From assembly GCF_006345805.1 (NCBI RefSeq), contig NC_042998.1, positions 203,484,001-203,548,000 of the forward strand: a stretch of DNA of 64,000 nt. The letters run 5' to 3'. Under the pieces are notes generated by a model. The model made no database searches. It saw only the letters and a program-made list of their open reading frames with translations, and was not told the origin of the DNA. Source of the DNA: Octopus sinensis (Eukaryota). Numbering within the stretch: the first letter of the stretch is position 1; each line of letters begins with the position of its first letter. Below are positions 37,338 through 49,417 of the stretch, piece after piece. The position numbers and the translations under genes were made by a program.

Positions 37338-38288
37338 GTAAGCACCGACACCTTATAATCAACATTTAAGTTTTTGCTTGTTGTCTGTTTTCAGCTTATA
37401 AAACCAAATATAAACAAAACTTACACGCTTGAACGATTTCGAAACACACACATGCATACCTATACAACTGTACACCCAATTCTACTAATTTCGTTTCCTC
37501 ATGGATATTATTGCTATCAAAGTCGGCAAATTATGGGGTAAGAATTTACATTTCGTCGGCAAAAATTTAAAAAAAAGTAAAGAATTTTTTTTTTACAAAG
37601 TTGAATAAAAAAAATATAGTTTTTCTGACTTAAATAACAATTGCTGAGGAGAAAATAAATATCGTAAATATTGTTTTTCATATGATATCAATACCCAAGC
37701 TGCTCTCATTTCAGTTTTGTAACTTAAACTTAAGGATTACCCCTTATTGTATGAATTAAACACGTATTTGGCAGTGATATGCTTTATAAAATGTTTGTGA
37801 TATTTAGATTATCGGAAATTGCTTGTCTTAATTATTGCAATAGGATAACGATCAACATAAGTGTGTGTGTGTGTATGTATATTTTTTATATATTATATAA
37901 TATAGCATTTGTTTTATGTTATAATAAAAACGATTTTACATGAAACTGAAGGATTACTCAAAACTTTCCGTAGAGTAAAAAATTTTATTATTCTTTAACA
38001 TGAATAATACTGACTGTGACTTCGAAGTTTCAGTCATCTAAGCCTGATCGCATATAAAGGAATTATTGTATAGTTTCTCGTGTTTTCTTCGCTTTGTCTG
38101 GCAACTCGTGCGTGATTAGTTAATGTTTGTGTACTTATTAAAAGGTAAACAAACCAGAAGATATTTCTGGCGCCTGTCTGAACTGAACGTTCTGCTTCCT
38201 GTTAACGGACAAACCCAGTCCTTAGTTGGTGAGCAGACAACTATAAATAATAGGTTACCATTTATTTTATTTATCGCAAGTGTTACAA

Positions 38289-38351
<63 letters not shown>

Positions 38352-38354
38352 CAC

Positions 38355-38581
38355 TCTTTACTCTTTTTACGCTTTTAGTTGTTTCGGTCATTTGACTGCG
38401 GCCATGCTGGAGCACCGCCTTTAGTCGAGCAACTCGACCCCGGGACTTATTCTTTGTAAGCCCAGTATTTATTCTATCGGTCTCTTTTGCCGAACCGCTA
38501 AGTTACGGGGACATAAACACACCAGCATCGGTTGTCAAGCAATACTAGGGGGACAAACACAGACACACAAACACACACACA

Positions 38582-38613
<32 letters not shown>

Positions 38614-38768
38614 CGACGGGCTTCTTTCAGTTTCCGTCTACCAAACCCACTCACAAGGCTTTGGTCGGCCCGAGGCTATAGTAGAAGACACTTGCCCAAG
38701 GTGCCACGCAGTGGGAATGAACCCGGAACCATGTGGTTGGTAAGCAAGCTACTTACCATACAGCCACT
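38355..38768 (-). mobile_element. SINE family A
   Basis: Homology to other copies. Confidence 0.85.
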
Positions 38769-38780
38769 CATATATATATG

Positions 38781-38813
<33 letters not shown>

Positions 38814-39093
38814 CCCATTGCCACATGTTTCTGATAACAGTGGGTCCGTATATGCGGAGATATTGAAAGTGAGGGCTCCCCACTGGCCGGTCATCAGAAT
38901 TAAAACGATAAACAAGTAACCATGGAAATGGGTGTCGTTTTCTCAATTTCTCGCAAACTTAGTTCTATCTGTCTGTCTGTCTGTCTCTATGATAATAGCC
39001 GATATAAATGTTGGTTGGTTTCTCCAGTCATGCATTATTACATCGTATAGAGATAGATGAGGGATACAGAGTTAACATACAGACTGGAAGAGA

Positions 39094-39255
39094 ACACATA
39101 CTAGGCTTGAATGCAGGCTATGAGTAAATGAGGTACACATACTAGGCTTGGATGCAGGCTATGAGTAAATGAGGTACACATACTAGGCTTGGATGCAGGC
39201 TATGAGTAAATGAGGTACACATACTAGGCTTGAATACAGGCTATGAGTAAATGAG
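39094..39255. repeat. 41-bp minisatellite, ~4 copies
   Basis: ACACATACTAGGCTTG(A/G)ATGCAGGCTATGAGTAAATGAGGT starts at 39094, 39135, 39176, 39217. Confidence 0.95.
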
Positions 39256-39988
39256 CACCACACAGAATCGGAAAAGGTGTAGATAACAGAAGAGTTACTC
39301 AAATGAGGAATTTGTTTGTTTAATTATATTCTAAGGTAATACATATTTTTCTTTCGAAAATTAGTGTTCATTATTTCATCATTTTCTATAAGTACCTAGA
39401 AATTTGATAAAAGTTCAGTTATAAACCTTGTTTGTACACATTTCCTGATATTACCAAACATATTCTTCCAAAGTTACATGTCCTATCTCACGTGATCAAT
39501 CAGACTATTGCATGTTCTACATTGCTGGTCACAAATACACTCTGCATCGATTTAGTTCTTGATTGATGACACCCCACTGGCTAGGCAAGCAGGCCAACCC
39601 ACCCTCTCATCAGAAGGCTATTCCATTGCAGCTTTGTGGACTGGACCAACATGAAATGAAAGTTTGGGAACGAGAACCACTAAAATTCTTCAAGGCCCCA
39701 GCGTAATAATCGAAACAAGTAAAAGATAAAAGATATGAGTGCTCAGCACAACCTGTAATTAAATAGCGTTGACAGTAGACTTACAACCAACCTAGATAAG
39801 TCAACAATGGGAAGGTGAGGCTTTCATCCATCACTCAACAATAACTGAACAGAATCAAATACTGGTAAACAAATTTCAAAATTTGTTTCCATCTTATGAG
39901 GCCTAACTATTGTTAGAGAAATAACTGAAGGGATTTTTTACTGTGAGACACGGGGACGTCTAGGGAACCAGTCCTTAATCACATATAT

Positions 39989-40803
39989 CAGTGCTACTGA
40001 AAGTGGTGGTCCACAGACCGGTGCCGGTCCGCATACCATCAGTTGCCGGTATGTGGCAAGTTTCCAGAAAAGAAACATAAAATCATCATTATCGTTTAAT
40101 GTCCATTTTCCATGCTGGCATGGATTGGATGGTTTGACTGGGGTCTGGGAAGCCAGGAGGCTGCACCAGGCTTCAGTCTGATCTGGCAGTGTTTCTACAG
40201 CTGGGTGCCCTTCCTAACGCCAACCACTCCATGAGAGTATGGGTGCTTTATACGTGTCACCGGCCCAGGGGCTAGATGAGGCTGGCAACGACACGATTAG
40301 TTGGTGTTTTTTATGTGGAGATCAAAAAAAATTGTCAACTTTTATTATCTTTATTATATATATTGTTTCCGGTATAAATTAATATTACTAAGAAATATTA
40401 CTTGTCCATGGCACATCATCATCATCATCATCATCATCATCGTTTAATGTCCGCTTTCCATGCTAGCATGGGCTGGACGGTTTGACTGAGGGCTGGCGAA
40501 CCAGATGGCTGTACTAGGCTCCAGAGTTTCTACAGCTGGATGCCCTTTCTAACGCCAACCACTCCGAGAGTGTAGTGGGTGCTTTTACATGCCACCAGCA
40601 CGGGGCCCAGTCAGGCGGTACTGGCAATGACCTCGCTCGAATCTTTTCACACATGCCACCGGCACAGGTGCCAGTAAGGCGATGCTTGTAACGATCACAC
40701 TCGAATGGTGCCTTTTACGTGCCACAGGCACGGAAGCCAGTTAGCCCATTGGTAAAAAAACAGAACTGCCGGTACTCCACATCAGACAGTTTGAGAAGCA
40801 CCG
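39989..40803. mobile_element. hAT (Charlie-like) MITE with two nested family C SINEs
   Basis: Termini CAGTGCTACTGAAAGT and AGTTTGAGAAGCACCG; 8-bp flanks ACATATAT (39981-39988) and ACATAGAT (40804-40811), 7/8 identical. Confidence 0.7.
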
Positions 40804-41238
40804 ACATAGATCACACATGTATAGTACGATGATGTGCAAGGCTCAGTCTTTAGTCTCAGACATCAGTCATTCATGTGGTAGCAGTATATTTTAATTGATG
40901 AGTAAGAGTCCTCATTAGTCAGATAGACTAATGAGTTATGTAGTAGCAGTACTGTATGATGATGAGACTCAATCTTTAGTCATGTAGATACCTTGATCAG
41001 TTACTTACTAGTTGTAGGAGATGATGATAATTAAGAGTCAATCTTCAGTCACGTAGGTCAGTCATTTAGTAGCATTGCAGTAAAATGTTGAACAGGCGTG
41101 GCTGTGTGGTAAGCAGTTTGCTTCCCAAATACGTAATTTTGGGTTCAGTCCCACCATGTGGTACCTTGGGCAAGTGTCTTCTACTTTAGCCTTGGGTTGA
41201 CCAAAGCCTTGAGATTGGATATGGTGGACAGAAGCTTC

Positions 41239-41269
<31 letters not shown>

Positions 41270-41640
41270 ATCCTTCTTCTGCTTGACAGCCAGTTGTTGG
41301 TTTGTTAATGTCCCTGTAACTTAGCAGTTCAACAAAATACTGATTAATTACCAGGCTTAAAAAAACATTAGTCCTGGGGTCAATTTGTTTGACTAAAATC
41401 TTATCACTGGGACCCATTTTAACAAATGAGCAATCCTCCATGACCCTTTAACATACTCTGAGCAGGGGCACTTGTCATCTGACCCTTTCCTTACAGAGGT
41501 GGTCTTGTATTATTTGCTGTTTCACTTGTAGCAAATAGCATTTTGTAGCTGTATGTCCAGCAGCCTGGCAGTGTGTGTGTTTGGCCCCTACCACTGCTTA
41601 ACAACCAGTATTAGTTTGTGTACATCCTCATAACTTAGTG

Positions 41641-41935
41641 TGGAGGCACACGGCCTAGTGGTTAGAGCAGCAGACTCACGGTCGAGGGATCGCGGGTTTG
41701 AATCTCAGACCGGGCGATGTGTGTGTTTATGAGCGAAACACCTAAGCTCCACGTGGCTCTGGCAGAAGGTAATGGCGAACTTCTGCTGACTCATTCGCCA
41801 CAACTTTCTCTCACTCTTTCTTCCTGCATTTTGCAGCTCACCTGTGATGGATCGGTGTCCTGTCCAGGTGGGGAACCTATATGCCAAGGAAACCGGGAAA
41901 CCAGCCCTTATGAGCCAGGTATGGCTTGAGAAGGA
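41641..41935 (+). mobile_element. tRNA-derived SINE family D, full copy
   Basis: Head GGAGGCACACGGCCTAGTGGTTAGAGCAGC...GGTTTGAATCTCAGACC. Confidence 0.8.
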
Positions 41936-42095
41936 ACAATACCTTAGGAATGAGAACCCAGGTTTGAAATTTCCCCAAACAACATGAGTGCTGGAGGGTG
42001 TATCAGCCGAAATGTTAACAAACAAGATGAGGACAAATATCCATCAAATGTAAATAATGTACATAATTCTTCATCTCATAAATATTGAACTGAAA
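41936..42095 (+). mobile_element. Decayed tail of the hammerhead-bearing element
   Basis: AATACCTTAGGAATGAGAACCCAGG...CAGCCGAAAT...GATGAGGACAAATATCC; ribozyme core disrupted. Confidence 0.7.
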
Positions 42096-42324
42096 AATTT
42101 TATAGTAAAAAAAATGATTCTCTATTCTATATTATTCTATATTATTCACGGGGATTAAAATTTAATGCAACATGGTATAGTCTAAAAGCCGCATCACTGG
42201 TAACTTATAAGCCAAGGCGATGGCTCTGAGCCAATACACATTTCAACTCAATACTTCTTTGCAGACTATGGTCTTCACGTAAGGTTTCCCTCTTCTTTTC
42301 CTTTGTTTGTCAGTGTTGATAACT

Positions 42325-42740
42325 CTTTTACTCTTTTACATGTTTCAGTCATTTGACTGTGGCCATGCTGGAGCATCGCCTTTAGTCGAGCAAATCGACC
42401 CCGGGACTTATTCTTTTGTAAGCCCAGTACTTATTCTATCGGTCTCTTTTTGCTGAACCGCTAAGTAACGGGGACGTAAACACACCAGCATCGGTTGTCA
42501 AGCAATGCTAGGGGTACAAACACAGACACACAAACACATACACATACATACAGATACACATATATATATACATATATACGACAGGCTTCTTTCAGTTTCT
42601 GTCTACCAAATCCACTCACAAGGCATTGGTCGGCCCGAGGCTATAGCAGAAGACACTTGCCCAAGATGCCACGCAGTGGGACTGAACCCGGAACCATGTG
42701 GCTGGTTAGCAAGCTACTTACCACACAGCCACTCCTGCAC
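42325..42740 (-). mobile_element. SINE family A
   Basis: Homology to other copies. Confidence 0.85.
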
Positions 42741-44946
42741 CTATTGTACCCTTCAATTGATGGGCAATAACTTTAACTTTCACATCAGAAATTTTGTGAG
42801 CCCTTGAAAATGCAACATATAGCTGACCATAGCCGAATACAGGTTCAGGCAAAACAGCCCCACTTTATCAAATGTGCCCTTGTGATTTATTGATAGTCAT
42901 TGCATATGACGGGTGAACGGGAAACTGATTTCTCTTTTAAAGTGAACATAACATGAAATTTTGATAGGTTTTAATTGAGATCCTTTTAAAACAGGAAGGT
43001 TCTATCAGCTCCAAGAGTGGTCTCAGGTGGGCTAATGTCAAATATGCTAATCCCTTGCAAACAGGTAGGACAGACACTTAGCTCCTTTCCTAGCGCCTTA
43101 TTTATTTATTTATTTATTTATTCTTTTACTTGTTTTAGTCATTTGAATGCAGCACCACCTTGAAGTGTTTTTGTCACACAATTCAACCCCAGGACTTATT
43201 TTTAAGCCTAGTACTTCTTCTATTGGGCTCTTTGCTGAATAGAAAGGATGTAAACACACCAACACTGGTTTTCAAGCGATGATGGGAGGACACATACACA
43301 CACACACACACACGAGGGGCTTCTTTCAGTTTCTGTCTGCCAAATGCATAAGACTTTGGTCGGCCTAAGGTGCCCCCATGCAGTGGAACCAAACCTGGAA
43401 CCATGTGGTTGGGAAGCAAGCTTCTTACCACACAGCCACACCTGTGTCTATTTATTGTTATATATATTTTTTATTTACCTATTTTTACTGTAACTTGGAA
43501 GACATTCAAGTTTGGCTATCAGCCTATCTTCTCAAATTTGGGAGTGGGCCCTTCAAAGGTCACATCAGGCTCTCAGCCACACCATTCTCCTCAAATTTAG
43601 GAGTGGGTCCTTCAAAGGTCAGTCTGGCTGTCAACCACACCAATCCCACTAATTCCGTGAGTGTGCCTGCAAGGCACATGAGTGCCCCTGCTTCCTTCTC
43701 CATCTTTTATAAAAGGAAGTATTAAACAGAAAACATTAAAATCAACATTAAAACACCAAAAAAAAATAATGAATATGATAAATGGGATGAGTGTGAGAAA
43801 GTTGAAACCATTGTAGAAATGTTAACTTGATAATCTCTCCTCCTTGAAAATAATCAAGGAAATGGCATCATCAACACCTATGTCGTCGTTGTTGTTGTTG
43901 TTCTGGTTGTTGTTGTTGTTTGGTATTTTCAACTAAATGAGCTGTGTAGTGTCATTTTAATTTTTTTTTCTGTAATTTTTTTTTTTTTAATCTCTGTCCC
44001 TCCCCCTTGATAACCACTCATTGCCCAAAAATTTAAAAGAGCAAATGAAACCCACTCAGATTTTTACAAAACAAGCAATCCACTTTTGGTCCCTTCTCTT
44101 TGCCTCGTGTACCTACCCACACACTCTCCATGCCCTCACACATCTACCATACCCCCCCCCCCCGACTAGCCACTCTGATTTCTCTCACCATCACTTGCTA
44201 CAGTCACCTCTTCCCCCTCTACATTCTTATTGAACATCCCCTGCTATCCCCTCTGTATTCCCCCTGCTATATGAGAGTAGGTCCTAATGCCTCTCCAACA
44301 CCATCTATCTAATTCCGCTGAGGTTGACTTTGCCTTTCATCCTTTCGGGGTCGATAAATAAGGTACCAGTTTCGCACTGGGGTCAATGTAATCGACTTTA
44401 ATCCCTTTGTCTGTCCTTGTTGTCCCCTCTATGTTTAGCCCCTTGTAGGCAGTAAAGAAATATATTTCTCACTCTCACCTTTCTCTCTATCTCTGTCTCT
44501 CCTCCCTCTCCTTCTGGGGTAGCCAAGTATCTTTTCTACAGTATGACATCTATTTCCACCCTTCTCTTACTCTCTAACTTTTCACCTGGCATAAAGCCAC
44601 TTCCTGTGGTTCCACCCCCATCCCTCTCCCAGCTAGGGTGGGGTCTTCATCTTGTGAGTTACTTAGTGACCCCACTGATGTCGCTGTCACTTATAAAAAG
44701 TACCAGTGCTGGTGCCATAGACAAAAGCACCCAGTACACTCTGTAAAGTGGTTGGTGTAAAGGACGGGCATCCAGCCATAGAAACTATGCCAAAACAGAC
44801 AGAGCTTGGTGCAGCTCTCCAGCTTGCCAATTCCTGTCAAACCATTGGACCCATGCCACTATGGAAGTCATATGTTAAATGATGACAATGATGATATCCA
44901 CCTCAGAAGCAAATTTGAAGGAATAAAACTTAGTTAAACTCGTTAA

Positions 44947-45280
44947 AGTAGGAGCACTCCATCGGTTACGATGACGAGGGTCCCAGCAAATACAATCAAC
45001 GGAACAGCTTGCTCGTGAAATTAACATGCAAGTGACTGAGCAATCCACACACACGTGTACCCCTAATGTAGTTCTCAGAGAGATTCAGCATGGCACTGAG
45101 TGTGACTAGGGGGCCCTTGGAAATACAGGTACTACTCATTTTTGCCAGCTGAGTGAACTGAACTGGAGCAAAGTGAAATAAAGTGTCTTGCTCAAGGACA
45201 CAACGCATCACCTGGGAATTGAGCTCACGACCTCACAATCGTGAGCTGAATGCCCTAACCACTAAGCCACGCGCCTTCAC
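44947..45280 (-). mobile_element. SINE family E with tRNA-like head
   Basis: Minus strand GAAGGCGCGTGGCTTAGTGGTTAGGGCATTC...GAGCTCAATTCCC. Confidence 0.75.
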
Positions 45281-45366
45281 TCGTTAAAGTAAACATGAAC
45301 TAAATATCATTGATCAGCTAGAGGTTCATGAAGCAATGCTCCTTAAAATATAGTTGTGCAGTTATA

Positions 45367-45922
45367 CGAGGGTGAGTCAAAAAGTAATGCCATTTTGTTT
45401 AGGACAGGTATAATTACCAACACAGGAACATGTATCATGCATCAAAATGAAGCTGGTCCTCTGTGGGTCACATCCCTATTTCTCAACATAGACACCGTTT
45501 CTCTCAATAGCAATGTTCCACCTTCGAATGAGAGCATGTATCTCTGCCCCATAAAATTCTGTTGACTGTTCTTTGAGCCACTTCTTCACTACCTCCACAC
45601 TCACCAGATTTAGCGCCTTCAGACTATCATCTCTTCGGCCCCATGAAAGAGGGTTTGAGAGACAAACATTATTCCAGTGACGAGGAAGAGAAAACTGTAG
45701 TGAAGAAGTGGCTCAAAGAACAGTCAACAGAATTTTATGGGGCAGGGATACATGCTCTCATTCGAAGGTGGAACATTGCTATTGAGAGAAACGGTGACTA
45801 TGTTGAGAAGTAGGGATGTGATCCACAGAGGACCAGCTTCATTTTGATGTATGATACATGTTCCTGTGTTGGTAATTATACCTGTCCTAAACAAAATGGC
45901 ATTACTTTTTGACTCACCCTCG
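45367..45922. mobile_element. Mariner-derived palindromic MITE (226-bp inverted arms)
   Basis: TA|CGAGGGTGAGTCAAAAAG...CTTTTTGACTCACCCTCG|TA; arms 45367-45592 and 45697-45922; plus strand 45595-45813 reads PHSPDLAPSDYHLFGPMKEGLR...NGDYVEK*. Confidence 0.92.
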
Positions 45923-46504
45923 TATTTAACATGTCTGTTATGAGAAAACCTTCACTGCAGAAATTGTCCTTACAGACAACCATCATCGTCATTTAGCTCC
46001 TGTATTCCATGTTGGCAGGGATGGCTTGACAGAATCCAACTAGAGGCCTGTGTTGAGCTCAGTGACTGTTTTGGCATGGTTTCTACAACTAGATGCCCCT
46101 CTTAATACCAGCTACTTTACAGTGTATAGGGTGCTTTGCCAAGCAACTTGCAAGATAAAACCCCTTCACCGAGTGGTGTTATATTTTTGAGTGAGATGGC
46201 TTTATGCCAGATGTTGAGAGGTTATGATGGAGGGTTAGGAACAGATGTCTTACTGTAGAGGAGATACATGGCTGCCACAACTAAAAAAAGGAGAGATGAT
46301 GGTGATGAGATGCCAAGACTTTACCTCAAGGTCCACAACACTGGACTATGAATGACATCATAGGACTGTAAGACACATTTTTCTGCATCATTGTGCCTTA
46401 TCAGCTACGGACACCAATTCTGTCATCCACAGCTTACTAAGAGCTACCATTCATATACTTAAACAGCAAATAATGAATTTGCTGATGTGTGCAAAGCTTT
46501 GTCA

Positions 46505-46925
46505 AGCTTGAATTAATAAACCAGAGGTACACCAAATAGCATTGGCTGGGGTTGATACCTCAAGCGTGGGTTGATGCCAGTGCCACCTAACTGGCTCCCT
46601 GTGCTGTTCACACCTAAAAGGCAGCATCCAAACGTGGTTGATGCCAGTCCCCCGTTGACTGGTTCCTGTGCCAGTGGCATGTAAAAAGCACCATTTGAGC
46701 ATGGTTGATGCCAGTACTGCCTGACTGGCTCCCAAGCTGGTGGCACATAAAAAGCACCCACTGCACTCTCGGAGTGGTTGGTGTTAGGAAGGGCATCCAG
46801 CTGTAGAAACCTTGCCAGATGAGATTGGAGCCTGACGCAGCCTACTGGCTTGCCTGTACCCAGTCAAACCGTCCAACCCATGCCAGCAAGGAAGACTGAT
46901 GTTAAATGACGATGATGATGATGAT
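46505..46925 (+). mobile_element. SINE family C (internal subrepeats, (GAT)n tail)
   Basis: TTAGGAAGGGCATCCAGCTGTAGAAAC core, tail GTTAAATGACGATGATGATG. Confidence 0.8.
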
Positions 46926-47094
46926 GTGTGTACAGTTCTATTTAGCATGTTTGTGCACACTTGAATGTGGAAAGACCTCTGCTGTGAGAACTGTCTTGGG
47001 AGAGAAATTCTCTTTATAGATAATGTATGTGAAAAAACACATCATTGGGCCATGAATGATGTCACTGGACTGTAGGACATATTTTCTGCATCAT

Positions 47095-47129
<35 letters not shown>

Positions 47130-47449
47130 TTTAGTTACTGGCAAAAGAACAGCACATCCAGGTAAAGTAGTCCTTCCTTTTAATAACTGCACAACTAAAC
47201 ACTTTCAACCTTAGGAAAGAACCACTTAGCAACGTTACTAAGAGAGGTTCTGTAGTGGCTTGATCTGCTTGAAGTAAGTGCCAAGTTTCCCTCAGATTAT
47301 ACCATTATGCCTTATAAAAGAAAGGACACACTGGATAATGTAATCCTTGATACACTGTACGTTAAAAACATAGGATAGTCATAGCTGGAATAACTTTTAA
47401 TGATAAATCTGTTGAGTCAGAGGTGAACAGAGATTCAGCAATTTGTATT

Positions 47450-48077
47450 CAGACATTTCAGATCATATTTCTGTTGAAATAAACTGATTTTGTTTCAGTT
47501 TATTTTGAAAATAATTTATTAAAATAATCTTGTCATTAGTAAGCTAGTGCTTGGAATATAAATTAACTTGAAAATTTGTGAGGATGGATTAATTAAGATC
47601 AATTTAAAATATGAAGTTTACATCCTAGAATCAGTGATAATCTCAAGTAGGTTGTTATCAAAAAAATTAAATACAATTTTTGTTTCAATTAATTCTAGAA
47701 ATAATGAAGATTTTTGTAAAATAATTTAGTCATTAAGCTGGCATTTCCAAAATAATGAAGAATTCAGTAAAAAACTTGGTCCTTATGAAGCTGGTTTCTG
47801 TATTATAAATTAAGATGAAATTTTAGTGGAGGGTTTTTTAAATAATTTAAACCCCTTCGTTATAATATATCGGTTGAATATACAGTCTTTGTTTCAATTA
47901 ACTTCAAAAATAACGAAGAATTTAATAAAATAACTTTAGTCATTATTAATCTGTTGTTTGGTACATAAATCAACATGGAATTTTGACTTAAGGTTCTAAT
48001 TACGATCATTTTAAAACATGAAGATTATATCATAGAATCGGGGATAATCTCAGGCAGGTTGATATCAAAAGGGTTAA
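47450..48077. mobile_element. Cluster of ~3 AT-rich ~220-bp MITE-like copies, TTAA-CCC...GGG-TTAA ended (piggyBac-like)
   Basis: Recurring TTTGTTTCAATTAA...AAATAA...GTCATT blocks; last copy is bounded by TTAAACCCCTT (47847) and AAAAGGGTTAA (48077). Confidence 0.45.
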
Positions 48078-48679
48078 AGCATTCGACTCTTGCTGATTTT
48101 GTCTGTCTTACTGTAAATAGATTAGCGGGACCACAATAGCTTCCTACTGGAAGCAGCAGGAACCACCATTTTGCAGACTTCATATTTCTGCTGGAATCAG
48201 ACCCTCCCATGGAACCAGCAGGAAATTGTTGCAAGAACATTCTATCTTCCACAAGGAAATCCTGTTAGTTTATCAGGAATTATTGTTGAATCACCAACGT
48301 GTAACTCCATACCATGACATTCCTATGGCAACCAGATTTAGCATTACCAGAAAGAAACATTGCATTTTCACGTAATTCTTGTTTAGTTTTTGCTTGTTTC
48401 TTTTTCTAAATTTTAACAACACTTTACTATTTCTCCCCCACCCTCCACTCCACTCTGATTTACATCATTTTCCATGTAAGCACAAATGTAAAGGATTTTT
48501 CCATGAAGTAAATAGTAGGCGCAGGAGCGGCTGTGTGGTAAGTAGCTTGCTTACCAACCACATGGTTCCGGGTTCAGTCCAACTGTGTGGCACCTTGGGC
48601 AAGTGTCTTCTACTAAAGCCTTGGGCTGACCAAAGCCTTGTGAGTGGATTTAGTAGACGGAAACTGAAAGAAGCCTGTC

Positions 48680-48725
<46 letters not shown>

Positions 48726-49150
48726 ATGATGTTTGTAGGAATAAGTTACCAGGCCTTATATAGAATGATGGTGTGTGGTTTAGTGATTAGGGCGTTGCAC
48801 TCATGATTGTGAGCTCATGGTTTCAATTCTCAGGTTGGGTAGTTTGTTGTGCAAAAACACTCCATCTGATGTAGCCCTACAATCACTCTGATGCACCTGT
48901 ACACCATGCACCTGTACAGGTAATGTTATGATTTGATGGGAGGGGGGCAATCACTATAAACGAATCACCTGTGCAGGTCGTTCACCAAGCAGCCACAATA
49001 TTATATTTGCTTCTGCATATACCTGCACAGATATGCATACCTGATGACATATGCTGTTTGGATCTGTGTCGTAAACGGCTATTGCAATCTTTGTGAAAGT
49101 GTGTTAGGAATTAATAGTAAAAAGAAGGAAAAAAAGAAAAACAAAACAAA

Positions 49151-49417
49151 CAGCCCATGAGCATATGGTATAGTGGTTAAGAGTGCGGGCTACTAACCCC
49201 AAGATTCCGAGTTCGATCCCAGGCAGTGACCTGAATAATAATAATAATAACAACATTGAAAAATACCTTAGGAATGAGAATCCAGGTTCGAAATTTCCCC
49301 AAGACACCTGATGAAGGCTGGAGGGGGATATCAGCCGAAACAAACCAGATGAGGACAAATACCCGTCAAATGTAAATAATGTACATAATTCCTCAACTCT
49401 TAGATATAGAACTGTAC
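49151..49417 (+). mobile_element. tRNA-headed hammerhead-tail element, copy 2
   Basis: Full head, (TAA)n linker, tail ending TATAGAACTGTAC; hammerhead deleted just after GAAAC. Confidence 0.8.

Noticed and set aside
39094-39255. CRISPR-like array
   Set aside because: Contiguous repeats without unique spacers, eukaryotic context, no cas genes.
42260-42285. Micro-exon candidate AG|ACTATGGTCTTCAC|GTAAG
   Set aside because: 14 nt would shift the frame and it has no similarity to the expected rapsyn continuation.
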